From positions 2,130 to 66,129 of the forward strand of contig JBBQGH010000003.1 in assembly GCA_038322845.1 (NCBI GenBank): a stretch of DNA of 64,000 nucleotides. The letters are read 5' to 3'. The notes under the pieces are model-generated. The model was not told the origin of the DNA and did not search any database. It was given only the letters and a program-made list of their open reading frames with translations. This document shows, piece by piece, positions 38,852 through 50,432 of this stretch. The position numbers and the translations under genes were made by a program. Within the stretch, counting starts at the first letter, position 1; every line of letters begins with the position of its first letter. The stretch comes from Gammaproteobacteria bacterium. Lineage in GTDB: Bacteria; Pseudomonadota; Gammaproteobacteria; Burkholderiales; Rhodocyclaceae.

Positions 38852-39933
38852 TTTTGAACAAGCATCCGATGCTTGTGGATGCTCATGAGAATACCGATGC
38901 CCAGAAACAGCGTCACCAGCGCAGTGCCGCCATAGCTAACGAGCGGGAGCGGCACGCCCACTACCGGCAGGATGCCGCTCACCATGCCCATATTCACGAA
39001 CGCGTAGGTGAAGAAGATCAGCGTGATGCTGCCGGCAAGTAGGCGCGAGAATAGGGTCGGCGCGTTGCCGGCGATCATGAGGCCGCGTGCGATGAGCAAC
39101 GCATAGAGCACCAGCAGCACGACGATGCCGAGAAGACCGAATTCTTCGGAGAGTACGGCGAAAATAAAATCGGTATGGCGTTCCGGGAGGAACTCCAAAT
39201 GCGTCTGCGTGCCATGCCCCCAGCCCTTGCCCAGCAGCCCACCCGAGCCAACAGCGATGGTGGACTGAATGATGTGAAAGCCTTTGCCGAGCGGATCTTG
39301 CTCAGGATCGAGCAGGGTGAGTATGCGACTGCGCTGATAGTCGCGCAGCACCGACCACAACAGCGGCAAACTCGCCAGCCCCCCCACGGCCATGGCAATA
39401 AGCACTTTCCAACTGATGCCGGCGAGAAAAATGACATAGAAGCCGACAGCGAGTACGAGTATGGCGGTGCCCAAGTCGGGCTGGCGCGCGATCAACGCCA
39501 CCGGCGCAACGAGCATGAGGGCGGCAAAGGCGAATTCCTTCCAGCGCAGCATGGCCTCGTGCTTCTGGAAATACCACGCAAGCATGAGCGGCATGGCGAT
39601 CTTCATGATCTCCGAAGGTTGAATGCGCATGAAGCCCAGATTGAGCCAACGTCGCGCACCTTTGGACACATCACCGAACAAGGCCACGGCGATGAGCAAG
39701 AGAAAGCCGCCGACATAAAGCGGCAGCGCCAAGTGCATCAGGCGCTGCGGTGGAATCTGGGCGGCAATACGCAGGACCACCAGCGCGACACCGAGGTTGA
39801 GCAACTGGCTCACCAAGCGCTCACTAGAAGCACTGGCGAGCACGAGCATGGCATAGCCCAGCAGCAAACAGACGATGGCCATCAGCGGCGGATCAATGGG
39901 AGCGACGAGGCGGCGCCAAAGATTCCTAATCAC
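38848..39933 (-). CDS. rodA: Rod shape-determining protein RodA
   Basis: GARRWLNLG, IQPSEIMK, QPDLGTA, PERHTDFIF and LPLVSYGG (SEDS motifs). Confidence 0.93.
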   Translation of the reverse strand: MIRNLWRRLVAPIDPPLMAIVCLLLGYAMLVLASASSERLVSQLLNLGVALVVLRIAAQIPPQRLMHLALPLYVGGFLLLIAVALFGDVSKGARRWLNLGFMRIQPSEIMKIAMPLMLAWYFQKHEAMLRWKEFAFAALMLVAPVALIARQPDLGTAILVLAVGFYVIFLAGISWKVLIAMAVGGLASLPLLWSVLRDYQRSRILTLLDPEQDPLGKGFHIIQSTIAVGSGGLLGKGWGHGTQTHLEFLPERHTDFIFAVLSEEFGLLGIVVLLVLYALLIARGLMIAGNAPTLFSRLLAGSITLIFFTYAFVNMGMVSGILPVVGVPLPLVSYGGTALVTLFLGIGILMSIHKHRMLVQK

Positions 39934-41824
39934 CGCTATCCTCTTCCGCCGAGGCGTCCACGGCTGGTTCTTTGGGTAGCTTGCCGAGGAGGTAGTAGTC
40001 CAACACCTGTCGGGCGATGGGCGCGGCGGACTGGGCACCGAAGCCGCCGTTTTCAACCAGCACGGCCAGCGCAATTTTAGGATTGTCCACCGGTGCAAAC
40101 GCGATGAAGAGCGCGTGATCGCGCAAACGCTCCTTCACCTTGCCTTCGGTATATTTCTCGCCCTTCAGGCTGTACACCTGCGCCGTGCCGGTCTTGCCGG
40201 CCGAGACGTATTCCGCACCGGCAAAAGCGCGTGCGCCCGTGCCTTCCTTGTTCACGCCGACCATGGCTTGCTTGATGATATCGATATTGGCTTGTTTGAG
40301 CGGTATGGTGCGCAAAGGTTGCGGCTCGATGATGCGCTTTTCGCCGGTACGTATGTTCTGGATGTGGCTCACCACATGCGGGCGATACATAACGCCGTTA
40401 TTGGCCAGCGCTGCCATCGCCTGGGCGAGCTGGATGGGCGTGTACGCATTGTAGCCCTGACCGATGCCGATAGAGATGGTCTCACCGGCATACCATTTCT
40501 GCTGCTCCGGCCGCTTGTAGTGCGTACGCTTCCATTCCTGAGACGGCAAAACGCCACGCGATTCTCCTTCTATGTCGATGCCAGTGGCCTGACCAAAGCC
40601 GAACGGACGCATAAAGGCAGCAATGTTGTCGATGCCCAAATCGTTGGAGAGCATGTAGTAGTAGGTATCGCAGGACTGCACGATGGACTTATACATATCC
40701 ACGCTGCCATGGCCGCCCTTCTTGTCGTCGCGGAATTGGTGATTGCCGAAATTGTAATAACCCGGATCGAAAATAACCTGGCTCGGCGTGCGCTTGCCCA
40801 GCTCCAGCGCCGCCAGCGCCATGTAAGGCTTGAAGGTCGAGCCGGGCGGATAGGTGCCGTTAAGTGCGCGGTTCAACATCGGTTTGTCTTCGGACGTGTT
40901 GAGCGCGTCCCAGTCTTGTGGATTGATGCCGTCGACAAACAGGTTCGGGTCGTAACCCGGCATGGAAACCAGCGCCAGCACGCCGCCATTGCTGGGGTCG
41001 ATGGCGACCAGCGCGCCGCGCCGGTCGCCGAAGGCTTTCTCTACGACCTGTTGCAACTTGATATCCAAAGTGAGCATCAGGTTGTCGCCTGGTACCGGAG
41101 CGGTGCGTGCCAGCACCCGCACCGCGCGCCCGCCGGAATCAACCTCGACCTGCTCGAAGCCGGTCTGGCCATGCAGATCGAATTCGTATTTCTGCTCCAG
41201 ACCCGTCTTGCCGAAGTGCTCGGTGCCGCGATAGTTGTCTTCGGCGTTATGGTTCTCGATGGCATCGAGATCACGATCATTCACGCGACCGATATAGCCG
41301 AGGGCGTGCGACGCCAGCTCGCCGTAAGGATACTGACGAAACAGGCGCGCCTTAATCTCGACGCCGGGAAAACGATAGCGCTGCGCGATGAAGCGCGCGA
41401 CTTCTTCGTCGGTGAGGCGCGTGCGTATGGGTAGAGATTCGAAATTCTTGCTTTCTTCGAGTAATTTTTTGAAACGTTTGCGGTCCTTGATCTGGATGTC
41501 GATGACTTTCGCCAACTCGTTGATGACCGTCTCCAGATCACCCGCCTTGTCGGGCATGATCTCCAACGTATAGGCGGAGTAGTTGCGTGCCAGCACCATG
41601 CCGTTGCGGTCGACAATGAGGCCGCGATTGGGTACTACAGGCACCAGCGAAATACGGTTTTCCTCGGCGCGCGTCTGGTAATACTCGTGCTGGATTACCT
41701 GCAACCAGAAAAAGCGTGCGAACAAAAGCGCGAAGGCGAAAAGCACAAAGCCACCCGCCACCGCCAGCCGGCGCTGGAACTGACGTATCTCATGTTCAGG
41801 ATTGAGAAATTCAGTGGGATGCAT
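39926..41824 (-). CDS. mrdA: Penicillin-binding protein 2
   Basis: PPGSTFKP (SxxK), SCDTYYY and KTGTAQ motifs. Confidence 0.93.
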   Translation of the reverse strand: MHPTEFLNPEHEIRQFQRRLAVAGGFVLFAFALLFARFFWLQVIQHEYYQTRAEENRISLVPVVPNRGLIVDRNGMVLARNYSAYTLEIMPDKAGDLETVINELAKVIDIQIKDRKRFKKLLEESKNFESLPIRTRLTDEEVARFIAQRYRFPGVEIKARLFRQYPYGELASHALGYIGRVNDRDLDAIENHNAEDNYRGTEHFGKTGLEQKYEFDLHGQTGFEQVEVDSGGRAVRVLARTAPVPGDNLMLTLDIKLQQVVEKAFGDRRGALVAIDPSNGGVLALVSMPGYDPNLFVDGINPQDWDALNTSEDKPMLNRALNGTYPPGSTFKPYMALAALELGKRTPSQVIFDPGYYNFGNHQFRDDKKGGHGSVDMYKSIVQSCDTYYYMLSNDLGIDNIAAFMRPFGFGQATGIDIEGESRGVLPSQEWKRTHYKRPEQQKWYAGETISIGIGQGYNAYTPIQLAQAMAALANNGVMYRPHVVSHIQNIRTGEKRIIEPQPLRTIPLKQANIDIIKQAMVGVNKEGTGARAFAGAEYVSAGKTGTAQVYSLKGEKYTEGKVKERLRDHALFIAFAPVDNPKIALAVLVENGGFGAQSAAPIARQVLDYYLLGKLPKEPAVDASAEEDSGD

Positions 41825-41835
41825 GGTTCAATTTT

Positions 41836-41908
41836 GTTGCGGGTTTCGGGTTTCGGGTTTCGGGTTGTAGGTTCGATAACCCAAAACCCGCAACCCCAAA
41901 TTCGCAAC
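41836..41908. repeat. Inverted heptamer arrays
   Basis: (GTTTCGG)n-like left arm and (AACCCGC/AACCCAA)n right arm between mreD and mrdA. Confidence 0.75.
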
Positions 41909-41912
41909 TGGG

Positions 41913-42440
41913 TTAAATCGGTCTGTTCTCATCCTTCTCGACCGGCTGGTATTGCGGCAGCAGGAGCAGAAAGGTGAGGGGATACCACAGCAGGGTGGCT
42001 GTGAAGCAACCGAGGAAATAGCCAAAACCGGGAAAGTCCGCGCCGGCAATCATGCGCGTGACCACCATGACCAGTTGCGTGGCGAGCAGCAGCGGCAGGA
42101 TCTGCAGCGCCTGCTGCGCCAGCGGGAACCACAATATGCGTCGCGACAAACCGCCAGCAGCGAACACCAGCAACACATAAGCCAGGGCGTGCTGGCCCAT
42201 CACGCCGGCGGCGGCAACGTCCATCAATACACCTAACGCGAAAGCCGCGCTCATGCCTATGCGATGCGGTTCGCGCACGCTCCAGAAGGCCAGTCCCAGC
42301 GCCACCCAGTCAGGAAAACCAATGGCATGGCCGTAAGGAATTAAATTGAAGAAGAACGCCACGATCAGCGTAAACCAGATGAACCAGCGCTTGACTGGCA
42401 GCAAGATGCGGCGCGAGCTGTAATTTGGCTGTATCGACAT
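41913..42440 (-). CDS. mreD: Rod shape-determining protein MreD
   Basis: PDWVALGLAFW...GVLMDV...GQHALAY. Confidence 0.9.
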   Translation of the reverse strand: MSIQPNYSSRRILLPVKRWFIWFTLIVAFFFNLIPYGHAIGFPDWVALGLAFWSVREPHRIGMSAAFALGVLMDVAAAGVMGQHALAYVLLVFAAGGLSRRILWFPLAQQALQILPLLLATQLVMVVTRMIAGADFPGFGYFLGCFTATLLWYPLTFLLLLPQYQPVEKDENRPI

Positions 42441-42449
42441 CGACGTCCC

Positions 42450-43367
42450 TTATTCCTTTTTCTTGCCGCGCCGGGTCTTCAGCGGCTTGTCCGTCGTCGC
42501 GGATTGCCGCTCATCCGCACCGGGGGCAAGCGGCGCGCGCGAGCCGAGGATCAAGACCTGGTCATGCCTTTCCACGCCGGCCGCCGGCTCGCAGAGAATG
42601 CGTGCAAAGGTGTAGGCGGCGTCGCGGTCGATGTGCGTGACCTTCGCTACCGGCAGGCCGGCCTGGTACACGCCATCCAGCCCCGAGGTAACGACCAGAT
42701 CGCCCGGCAATACATCGGCGTTGGCGGCAAGGAAGCGCAATTCCAGTTGCCCGCCGCCGGCGCCGAACAATACGGCGCGCAGGCCGTTGCGCACGACTTG
42801 TACAGGCACTGCCTGGTTCTTGTCGGTGATCAGCGTGGCTTCGCTTTGCAGCGGATAGGCGCGCGTCACCTGGCCTATCAGTCCTGTTTCATCCACCACG
42901 GCTTGGCCCGCAACGATACCTTGCTGCGTACCCTTGTCGACAATGATGCGACGCGTGAAGGGATCATTCGCCGCATAAAGAATTTCTGCCAGAACGGCCG
43001 GCACGGGCTGGCGCTCTTTCATTTCGAGCAGCTGGCGGAGTCGCTGGTTTTCCAGCTCAAGATGCTGCTGACGTAGTAGCCAGTTGGCGGCCTCCAGTTC
43101 CTTGCGCTTGAGGTGGGTGTTGTCGTTCTGCAGGCTGGAGAGGCTGCTGAAATAGCCGCCTAAGTGATCCATCAGCTCGGCGGGAGCATAGGCAACGCGC
43201 TGTATGGGGTAGATGGCGATGGCGACACCCTGCCTCACGCGCTCCAGGTAGTGGAAGCGTAGATCCAGTACCAACAACGAGAGGGAGAGGATGACAAAAA
43301 AAGCTAAGCGCGCCAGCGGCGCGGGGCCGCGCTTAAAGAAGGGGGGCGCCTGACTAACTACGGGCAC
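42450..43367 (-). CDS. mreC: Rod shape-determining protein MreC
   Basis: ENQRLRQLL, IVDKGTQQG and TSGLDGVYQAG motifs. Confidence 0.9.
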   Translation of the reverse strand: MPVVSQAPPFFKRGPAPLARLAFFVILSLSLLVLDLRFHYLERVRQGVAIAIYPIQRVAYAPAELMDHLGGYFSSLSSLQNDNTHLKRKELEAANWLLRQQHLELENQRLRQLLEMKERQPVPAVLAEILYAANDPFTRRIIVDKGTQQGIVAGQAVVDETGLIGQVTRAYPLQSEATLITDKNQAVPVQVVRNGLRAVLFGAGGGQLELRFLAANADVLPGDLVVTSGLDGVYQAGLPVAKVTHIDRDAAYTFARILCEPAAGVERHDQVLILGSRAPLAPGADERQSATTDKPLKTRRGKKKE

Positions 43368-43384
43368 CGAGTCACGCTCGACTA

Positions 43385-43460
43385 ACGGTTTGGAGGTTTA
43401 GTGGTCGCGCGCCGTCGCTTTTCAACGCGAAACTCGCAACCCGAAACACGAAACTAGCCA
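43385..43460. repeat. Heptamer array (degenerate inverted pair)
   Basis: AACGCGA AACTCGC AACCCGA AACACGA AACTAGC at 43424-43458, with a degenerate GGTTTGG/GGTTTAG arm upstream. Confidence 0.6.
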
Positions 43461-43461
43461 C

Positions 43462-44538
<1,077 letters not shown>

Positions 44539-44611
44539 CTATGATACTCTAATGCGCTATGCAATTTTAGCCGTCTCGCCTGACAAAACCTGACAAAAGC
44601 CCGGAAAAGCC

Positions 44612-44899
44612 ATGTCGCTGGATCACGACCAAATACGACGCATCGCCCATCTTGCCCGCATCGAACTTGCGCCCGCCGAGGTCGAAGAAACCCGCCTACG
44701 CCTGAACGGTATCTTTGCGCTCATCGAAGAAATGCAGGCGGTCGACACGCTTGGCGTCGAACCGATGGCCCATGCACAAGATCTGGCCCAGCGCCTGCGC
44801 GACGACCGTGTCACCGAGACGGATCACCACGCGGAGTTTCAGAAAATCGCACCCGAAGTCGACGCGGGTCTTTACCTGGTGCCCAAAGTGATCGAATAA
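44612..44899 (+). CDS. gatC: Glu/Asp-tRNA amidotransferase subunit C
   Basis: IAHLARIEL...LYLVPKVIE. Confidence 0.93.
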   Translation: MSLDHDQIRRIAHLARIELAPAEVEETRLRLNGIFALIEEMQAVDTLGVEPMAHAQDLAQRLRDDRVTETDHHAEFQKIAPEVDAGLYLVPKVIE

Positions 44900-44967
44900 G
44901 ACACCGCGGATAACTAAACTAAACGCGAAGCATTGCTCTATCCGCGCTCATCTGCCTACTCCGCGTC
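44900..44967. repeat. Degenerate 9-nt-period element at the gatC-gatA junction
   Basis: CCGCGGATAACTAAACTAAACGCG ... ATCCGCGCTCATCTGCCTACTCCGCGTC. Confidence 0.55.
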
Positions 44968-44980
44968 AAAACTTCGACCC

Positions 44981-46444
44981 ATGATCAACGCCAGCCTCAA
45001 AGAACTCGCCGTCGCGCTCGCCCAAAAGAAGCTCTCCAGCGTCGAGCTGACGGAGTTGTACTTGGCACGCATTACGCGGCTCAATCCGGCGCTCAACGCC
45101 TTCATCACCACCGATCACGAAAAGACGCTGGCGCAAGCCCGCGCCGCGGATGCACGCCTGGCCGCAGGCCACGCCGGCCCGCTCACCGGCATACCCATCG
45201 CGCACAAAGACATTTTCTGCACCCAGGGTTGGCTCACCACCTGCGGCTCGAAGATGCTCTCAAATTTTGTAAGCCCCTATGACGCTACAGTGATCGAGCG
45301 CCTCAATGCCGCTGGCATGGTTACCTTGGGCAAGACCAATATGGATGAGTTCGCCATGGGTTCGTCGAATGAAACTTCCTTCTACGGCCCGGTGAAGAAC
45401 CCGTGGAATCCAAGCCTGGTGCCCGGCGGCTCTTCCGGCGGCGCGGCGGCGGCCATCGCGGCGCGGCTAGCGCCCGCCGCCACCGGCACGGACACCGGCG
45501 GCTCCATTCGCCAGCCGGCGGCGCTGTGCGGACTGAGCGGACTCAAGCCCACCTACGGTGTGGTGTCGCGCTACGGCATGATCGCCTTCGCTTCCTCACT
45601 GGACCAAGCCGGCCCAATGGCCAAGAGCGCGGAAGACTGCGCGCTCCTGCTCAACGCCATGGCCGGTTTCGACGAGTGCGATTCCACCAGCCTCGACCGG
45701 CCGGCCGAAGACTACGCCCGCGATCTCGCCAAACCACTCGCCGGTTTGAAGATCGGCCTACCGAAAGAATTTTTCGCCGAGGGGCTGTCGGCGGATGTCG
45801 CGCAGGCAGTGGAAGCGGCCATCGCCGAATACCGCAAGCTGGGCGCCACCACAGTAGAAATCTCGCTGCCGAACATGAAGCTTTCCGTCGCGGCGTACTA
45901 CGTTATTGCCCCGGCTGAAGCCTCCAGCAATTTGTCGCGCTTCGACGGCGTACGCTATGGTTACCGCGCCCCGCAATACGGCGACCTCGCCGACATGTAT
46001 GCCAAGAGCCGTGCCCAGGGCTTCGGCGCCGAGGTGAAGCGACGTATTTTAATCGGCACGTACGTGCTCTCGCACGGCTATTACGACGCCTACTACCTGC
46101 AAGCCCAGCGCATCCGTCGCCTGATCGCGCAGGACTTCGCCACAGCTTTCAGCCAATGCGATCTAATTCTCGGTCCGACCGCGCCGACCACCGCTTTCAA
46201 ACTCGGCGAAAAATCCGCCGACCCGGTGCAGATGTACCTCTCCGACATTTACACCATCGCCGTCAACCTCGCCGGCTTGCCGGGGATGTCCATTCCATGC
46301 GGCTTTTCAGGTGGTGAAGCAAGTGAGCTACCAGTGGGCCTGCAACTCATCGGCAACTACTTTGACGAAGCGCGCATGCTCAACGCCGCGCATCAGTATC
46401 AGTTGGCCACCAACTGGCACACCCAAATGCCGGAGGACATCTGA
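44981..46444 (+). CDS. gatA: Glu-tRNA(Gln) amidotransferase subunit A
   Basis: [20 protein letters not shown] and [11 protein letters not shown] amidase signature. Confidence 0.95.
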   Translation: MINASLKELAVALAQKKLSSVELTELYLARITRLNPALNAFITTDHEKTLAQARAADARLAAGHAGPLTGIPIAHKDIFCTQGWLTTCGSKMLSNFVSPYDATVIERLNAAGMVTLGKTNMDEFAMGSSNETSFYGPVKNPWNPSLVPGGSSGGAAAAIAARLAPAATGTDTGGSIRQPAALCGLSGLKPTYGVVSRYGMIAFASSLDQAGPMAKSAEDCALLLNAMAGFDECDSTSLDRPAEDYARDLAKPLAGLKIGLPKEFFAEGLSADVAQAVEAAIAEYRKLGATTVEISLPNMKLSVAAYYVIAPAEASSNLSRFDGVRYGYRAPQYGDLADMYAKSRAQGFGAEVKRRILIGTYVLSHGYYDAYYLQAQRIRRLIAQDFATAFSQCDLILGPTAPTTAFKLGEKSADPVQMYLSDIYTIAVNLAGLPGMSIPCGFSGGEASELPVGLQLIGNYFDEARMLNAAHQYQLATNWHTQMPEDI

Positions 46445-46446
46445 TC

Positions 46447-47898
46447 ATGACCTGGGAAATTGTCATCGGGCTCGAAACCCACGCGCAGCTCAATACGCAA
46501 TCGAAAATTTTCTCCGGCGCGGCTACGGCCTTCGGCGCAGTGCCAAACGCGCAAGCCTGCGCCGTGGATATCGCGTTGCCCGGCGTGCTGCCGGTGCTAA
46601 ATCACGGCGCCGTGGAGCGCGCAATCCGCTTAGGTTTGGCGGTGGGTGCCAGCATCGCTCGGCGCTCCGTCTTCGCGCGCAAGAATTATTTCTACCCGGA
46701 TTTACCCAAGGGTTACCAGATCAGCCAGTACGAGCTGCCCGTGGTCGTAGGCGGAAGCCTCGCGATTCAAGTCCCTGCGACAAGCTCAGGGCAGGCTCAG
46801 CAAAAAATCGTGCGCCTGACGCGTGCCCATCTGGAGGAAGACGCTGGCAAATCGCTGCATGAAGATTTTCACGGCAAGAGCGGCATAGACCTCAACCGCG
46901 CCGGCACGCCGCTACTGGAAATTGTCACCGAGCCGGATATGAGTTCGGCCGAAGAAGCAGTAGCTTACGCCAAAGCGCTGCACGCGCTGGTACGTTGGAT
47001 AGACATCTGCGACGGCAACATGCAGGAAGGCTCTTTCCGCTGCGACGCCAACGTCTCGGTGCGCCGCCCTGGCGACCCGCTGGGTACGCGCCGCGAAATT
47101 AAAAATCTCAACTCCTTCCGCTTCATGCAACAGGCCATCGAGTATGAGGTGAAGTGGCAAATCGAAACGCTGGAAAACGGTGGTCGGGTTGAGCAGGCGA
47201 CGGTGCTCTTCGACCCTGCCACCGGCGAGACGCGCGCCATGCGCTCCAAGGAAGACGCGCACGATTACCGCTACTTCCCCGATCCCGATTTATTGCCGCT
47301 GGAGATTTCCGAGGCGTGGATCGCTAAGGTGCACGCCACGTTGCCTGAGTTACCGCAGCAAATGCGCGAGCGCTTCGAACGCGAACACGGTCTTTCCACG
47401 TACGACGCTGCGGGTCTAACCGCTACGCGCGAGACAGCGGCCTATTACGAGCAAACGCTAGCGATACTGGGTACGGATGCCAAGGTGTGCGCCAATTGGG
47501 TCATGGGCGAACTTGCCGCGCGCTTGAATCGTGAAGACAAGGACATCTCGGCTGCACCGCTGACGCCTGCACAACTGGCGGGCCTGCTAAAGCGCATAGT
47601 CGATGGCACCATTTCGAGCAAGATCGCCAAAGAAGTCTTCGAAGCGCTATGGGCTGGCGAATCACGCGACGCCGACGCGGTGATTGAGGCGCGCGGATTG
47701 CAGCAAATTTCAGACGTGGGCGCCATCGAGAAAATCGTCGATGAAGTGCTCGCAGCCAATCCGAAATCGGTAGAGGAGTTCCACGCCGGCAAGGAAAAAG
47801 CCTTTAACGCCTTAGTGGGGCAGGCCATGAAGGCCACCAAAGGCAAGGCCAATCCGCAGCAAGTGAATGACCTGCTGCGACGCAAGCTCACGCCCTAA
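46447..47898 (+). CDS. gatB: Glu/Asp-tRNA amidotransferase subunit B
   Basis: [34 protein letters not shown] and YRYFPDPDL motifs. Confidence 0.95.
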   Translation: MTWEIVIGLETHAQLNTQSKIFSGAATAFGAVPNAQACAVDIALPGVLPVLNHGAVERAIRLGLAVGASIARRSVFARKNYFYPDLPKGYQISQYELPVVVGGSLAIQVPATSSGQAQQKIVRLTRAHLEEDAGKSLHEDFHGKSGIDLNRAGTPLLEIVTEPDMSSAEEAVAYAKALHALVRWIDICDGNMQEGSFRCDANVSVRRPGDPLGTRREIKNLNSFRFMQQAIEYEVKWQIETLENGGRVEQATVLFDPATGETRAMRSKEDAHDYRYFPDPDLLPLEISEAWIAKVHATLPELPQQMRERFEREHGLSTYDAAGLTATRETAAYYEQTLAILGTDAKVCANWVMGELAARLNREDKDISAAPLTPAQLAGLLKRIVDGTISSKIAKEVFEALWAGESRDADAVIEARGLQQISDVGAIEKIVDEVLAANPKSVEEFHAGKEKAFNALVGQAMKATKGKANPQQVNDLLRRKLTP

Positions 47899-47901
47899 GC
47901 T

Positions 47902-48570
47902 TTAGCGCGGCCGCCGATCGGCGGCCGACGGCTCGGCCGCAACCGTTGCAGGCTTCTTGCCACCCTTAAGCTCGCGGTAGCGCGCCAATTCGTCGTCGTA
48001 CTTAGCCTTGACTGCGGCTATGTCTTTTTGCTTAGTGTCTATGGTGGACTGGAAGGTTTTTCGCTCATCCTCGTTCTCGCGCATGGCGTTTCTCAGCTGA
48101 AACGGCAACGTTTTTTTCTTGTAGAACTCGGCCTCTTCGTTGAGCTTCACCTGCTTTTTCGCCACGTCGTCCAGCTTGACTTTCGAATCCTCGATAGCTT
48201 TTTGTAACTCGCTCACGGCGCGATTGCGCATGTAGTCGATGTCTTGCTCGGTCGCGTAGGTGGCTAACAAAGCCCGGTTCTTGTGGTCTTGTTCGAGCTT
48301 TCTCTGCGCTTCTTCCTTGGCCTGCTTGGCCTCTTCTTCCTTTTTAGCGAGCTGTTCGGCTGTTAGAGGGGCGTCGACGCGTTTGACCGTGATGCCACGC
48401 TCGTTGATTTCCCGGTAAGCCTTGCCATAGCAGGCCGGTGGAAGGACATCGGAACAAACCTGTTTGCCCTTATCATCGGCGCAACAGAAAGTTGACCCTG
48501 CTTGCGCTGCAGTGGCGAACAGACTGGAAAAAACAAAAACGGTAAAGGCTGAGCCTAGCCTTGGTTTCAT
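47902..48570 (-). CDS. Exported hypothetical protein with coiled-coil C-terminus
   Basis: Signal peptide, [13 protein letters not shown] Cys motif, charged helical region. Confidence 0.7.
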   Translation of the reverse strand: MKPRLGSAFTVFVFSSLFATAAQAGSTFCCADDKGKQVCSDVLPPACYGKAYREINERGITVKRVDAPLTAEQLAKKEEEAKQAKEEAQRKLEQDHKNRALLATYATEQDIDYMRNRAVSELQKAIEDSKVKLDDVAKKQVKLNEEAEFYKKKTLPFQLRNAMRENEDERKTFQSTIDTKQKDIAAVKAKYDDELARYRELKGGKKPATVAAEPSAADRRPR

Positions 48571-49208
48571 GGTGTAGTCCCATATTGTTGTCTATAGCGG
48601 GTGACCTCTTGCAACTTCTGCGCCAGCTCGGCGCGACCAGCAAGATAAGCGAGCAGATCATCCAGCGTGGCGACCGCAATGACCGGTAAACCATAGATGT
48701 CGCGCACTTCTTGTACCGCCGATAGGTGCCCCTGGCCGCGCTCCATGCGGTCGAGCGCAATCACCACACCGCAAGGCTGAGCACCGGCGGCGCGGATCAG
48801 CCCGACGGACTCACGCACCGAGGTGCCCGCGGAGATCACATCATCAATGATCAGCACCCGTCCCGCCAAGGGCGCACCGACCAGCGTCCCGCCTTCGCCG
48901 TGATCCTTGGCTTCCTTGCGGTTGAAGGCGAAGGGCAAATTGTGCCCTTTTTGAGCAAGCGCGATGGCCGTACCGGCGGCGAGCGGTATGCCCTTGTAAG
49001 CCGGGCCAAACAGCATGTCGAAAGCCAGGCCCGACGCGATTATGGCTTCGGCATAGAAGTTGGTGAGGCGATGTAACGAGTGGCCGTCGTTGAACAAGCC
49101 GGCGTTGAAAAAATAGGGGCTCAGCCGTCCCGCCTTGGTGGTGAATTCGCCGAAACCCAAAACGCCCTGCTCTACCGCAAACTCGATAAACTTGCCGCTC
49201 AAACTCAT
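48567..49208 (-). CDS. pyrE: Orotate phosphoribosyltransferase
   Basis: [32 protein letters not shown] and [11 protein letters not shown] motifs. Confidence 0.95.
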   Translation of the reverse strand: MSLSGKFIEFAVEQGVLGFGEFTTKAGRLSPYFFNAGLFNDGHSLHRLTNFYAEAIIASGLAFDMLFGPAYKGIPLAAGTAIALAQKGHNLPFAFNRKEAKDHGEGGTLVGAPLAGRVLIIDDVISAGTSVRESVGLIRAAGAQPCGVVIALDRMERGQGHLSAVQEVRDIYGLPVIAVATLDDLLAYLAGRAELAQKLQEVTRYRQQYGTTP

Positions 49209-49252
49209 CTTGCACTCACTTTGAACAGTCATTTTTAAAATTCGGATTTACG

Positions 49253-50035
49253 ATGCGTATCATAACCTTGAACCTTAATGGCATACGCTCGGCAGAGCGC
49301 AAAGGCTTTTTTCCCTGGCTGGCCAAGCAGGAAGCCGACATCGTCTGCCTGCAAGAACTCAAAGCGCAAGAGGCGGACATGACGCCCGAGATGCTGACGC
49401 CGCCGGGCTACCAGGGCTATTTCCACTACGCAGAGAAGAAGGGCTATAGCGGCGTGGGGCTTTACACGCGACGCACGCCGAAGCGTGTTGTCGTAGGGCT
49501 AGGCGTGCCGGAGATCGATGCCGAGGGCCGCTATCTGGAATTGGTCTACGACAACTTCTAGGTCATCTCGCTCTATCTGCCCTCCGGCTCCAGCGGCGAT
49601 CACCGCCAAGCAGCGAAGTTCGTTTTCCTGGAGCATTTCTTCACGCATCTGAAAAAGCTGCGTAACGCAGGCCGCGAGATCGTGATGTGCGGCGACTGGA
49701 ACATCGCACACCGCGAGATTGATTTGAAAAACTGGAAGAGCAACCAGAAGAACTCCGGCTTTCTGCCCGAGGAACGCGCCTGGTTAACCCGCGCCTTCGA
49801 CGAGTTAGGTTGGGTCGACGTCTATCGGCAAGTGCATCCCGAGACTATGGGCGACGCCTACACCTGGTGGTCGAATCGCGGGCAGGCCTGGGCGAAAAAT
49901 GTCGGCTGGCGCATCGATTATCATATCGCCACTCCTGAACTGGCCGAAAAGGCGCGCCAAGCGGCCATCTACAAGGAGGAGCGTTTCTCCGATCACGCGC
50001 CCTTGACGGTCGATTACGACTACACCATCGTTTGA
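49253..50035 (+). pseudogene. xth: Exodeoxyribonuclease III interrupted by an in-frame TAG
   Basis: One frame from NLNGIRS / LQELKA / GYSGV to GDWNIAH / GWRIDY / SDHAP, with a single TAG at 49559-49561. Confidence 0.8.
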
Positions 50036-50110
50036 TTTCGCTAATTGCGTTTCGCCGTGAAAATCGGTAGCCTTCATTCATAAATATCGTTATCAACCTG
50101 GAGAGCCGTC

Positions 50111-50422
50111 ATGGATCAAGTAAGTCCGATCACCAAAGGAAAACTCGTCGCCGATTTCAAAGTAGTGGTCGCCGACGCCGAAGAATTGTTGCGCGCCACC
50201 GCGGGCCAGGCCGGCGACAAGCTCGGCGACCTGCGCGCCAAGTTGCAAGATCATCTCAACAACGCCAAGAACAGCCTGGCTGACGCGCAAGCCGCTGTGG
50301 TGGAAAAAACCAAAGCCGTCGCCAGTGCCACGGACGACTATGTGCATGACTACCCTTGGCGTTCCATAGGCATAGCCGCCAGCATCGGCCTGGTCATCGG
50401 TCTCTTGATCGGCCGTCGTTAA
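50111..50422 (+). CDS. DUF883 / ElaB-YqjD family protein
   Basis: DDYVHDYPWRSIGIAASIGLVIGLLIGRR C-terminus. Confidence 0.88.
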   Translation: MDQVSPITKGKLVADFKVVVADAEELLRATAGQAGDKLGDLRAKLQDHLNNAKNSLADAQAAVVEKTKAVASATDDYVHDYPWRSIGIAASIGLVIGLLIGRR

Positions 50423-50432
50423 GTCGCCCATC

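Noticed and set aside
44933-44980. N-terminal extension of GatA encoded by the repeat
   Set aside because: The TTG-start extension lacks support; ATG 44981 gives the typical GatA N-terminus.
49253-50035. Genome-wide amber recoding or pyrrolysine
   Set aside because: TAG ends other conserved genes at their expected positions, and no pyl genes are present in the window.
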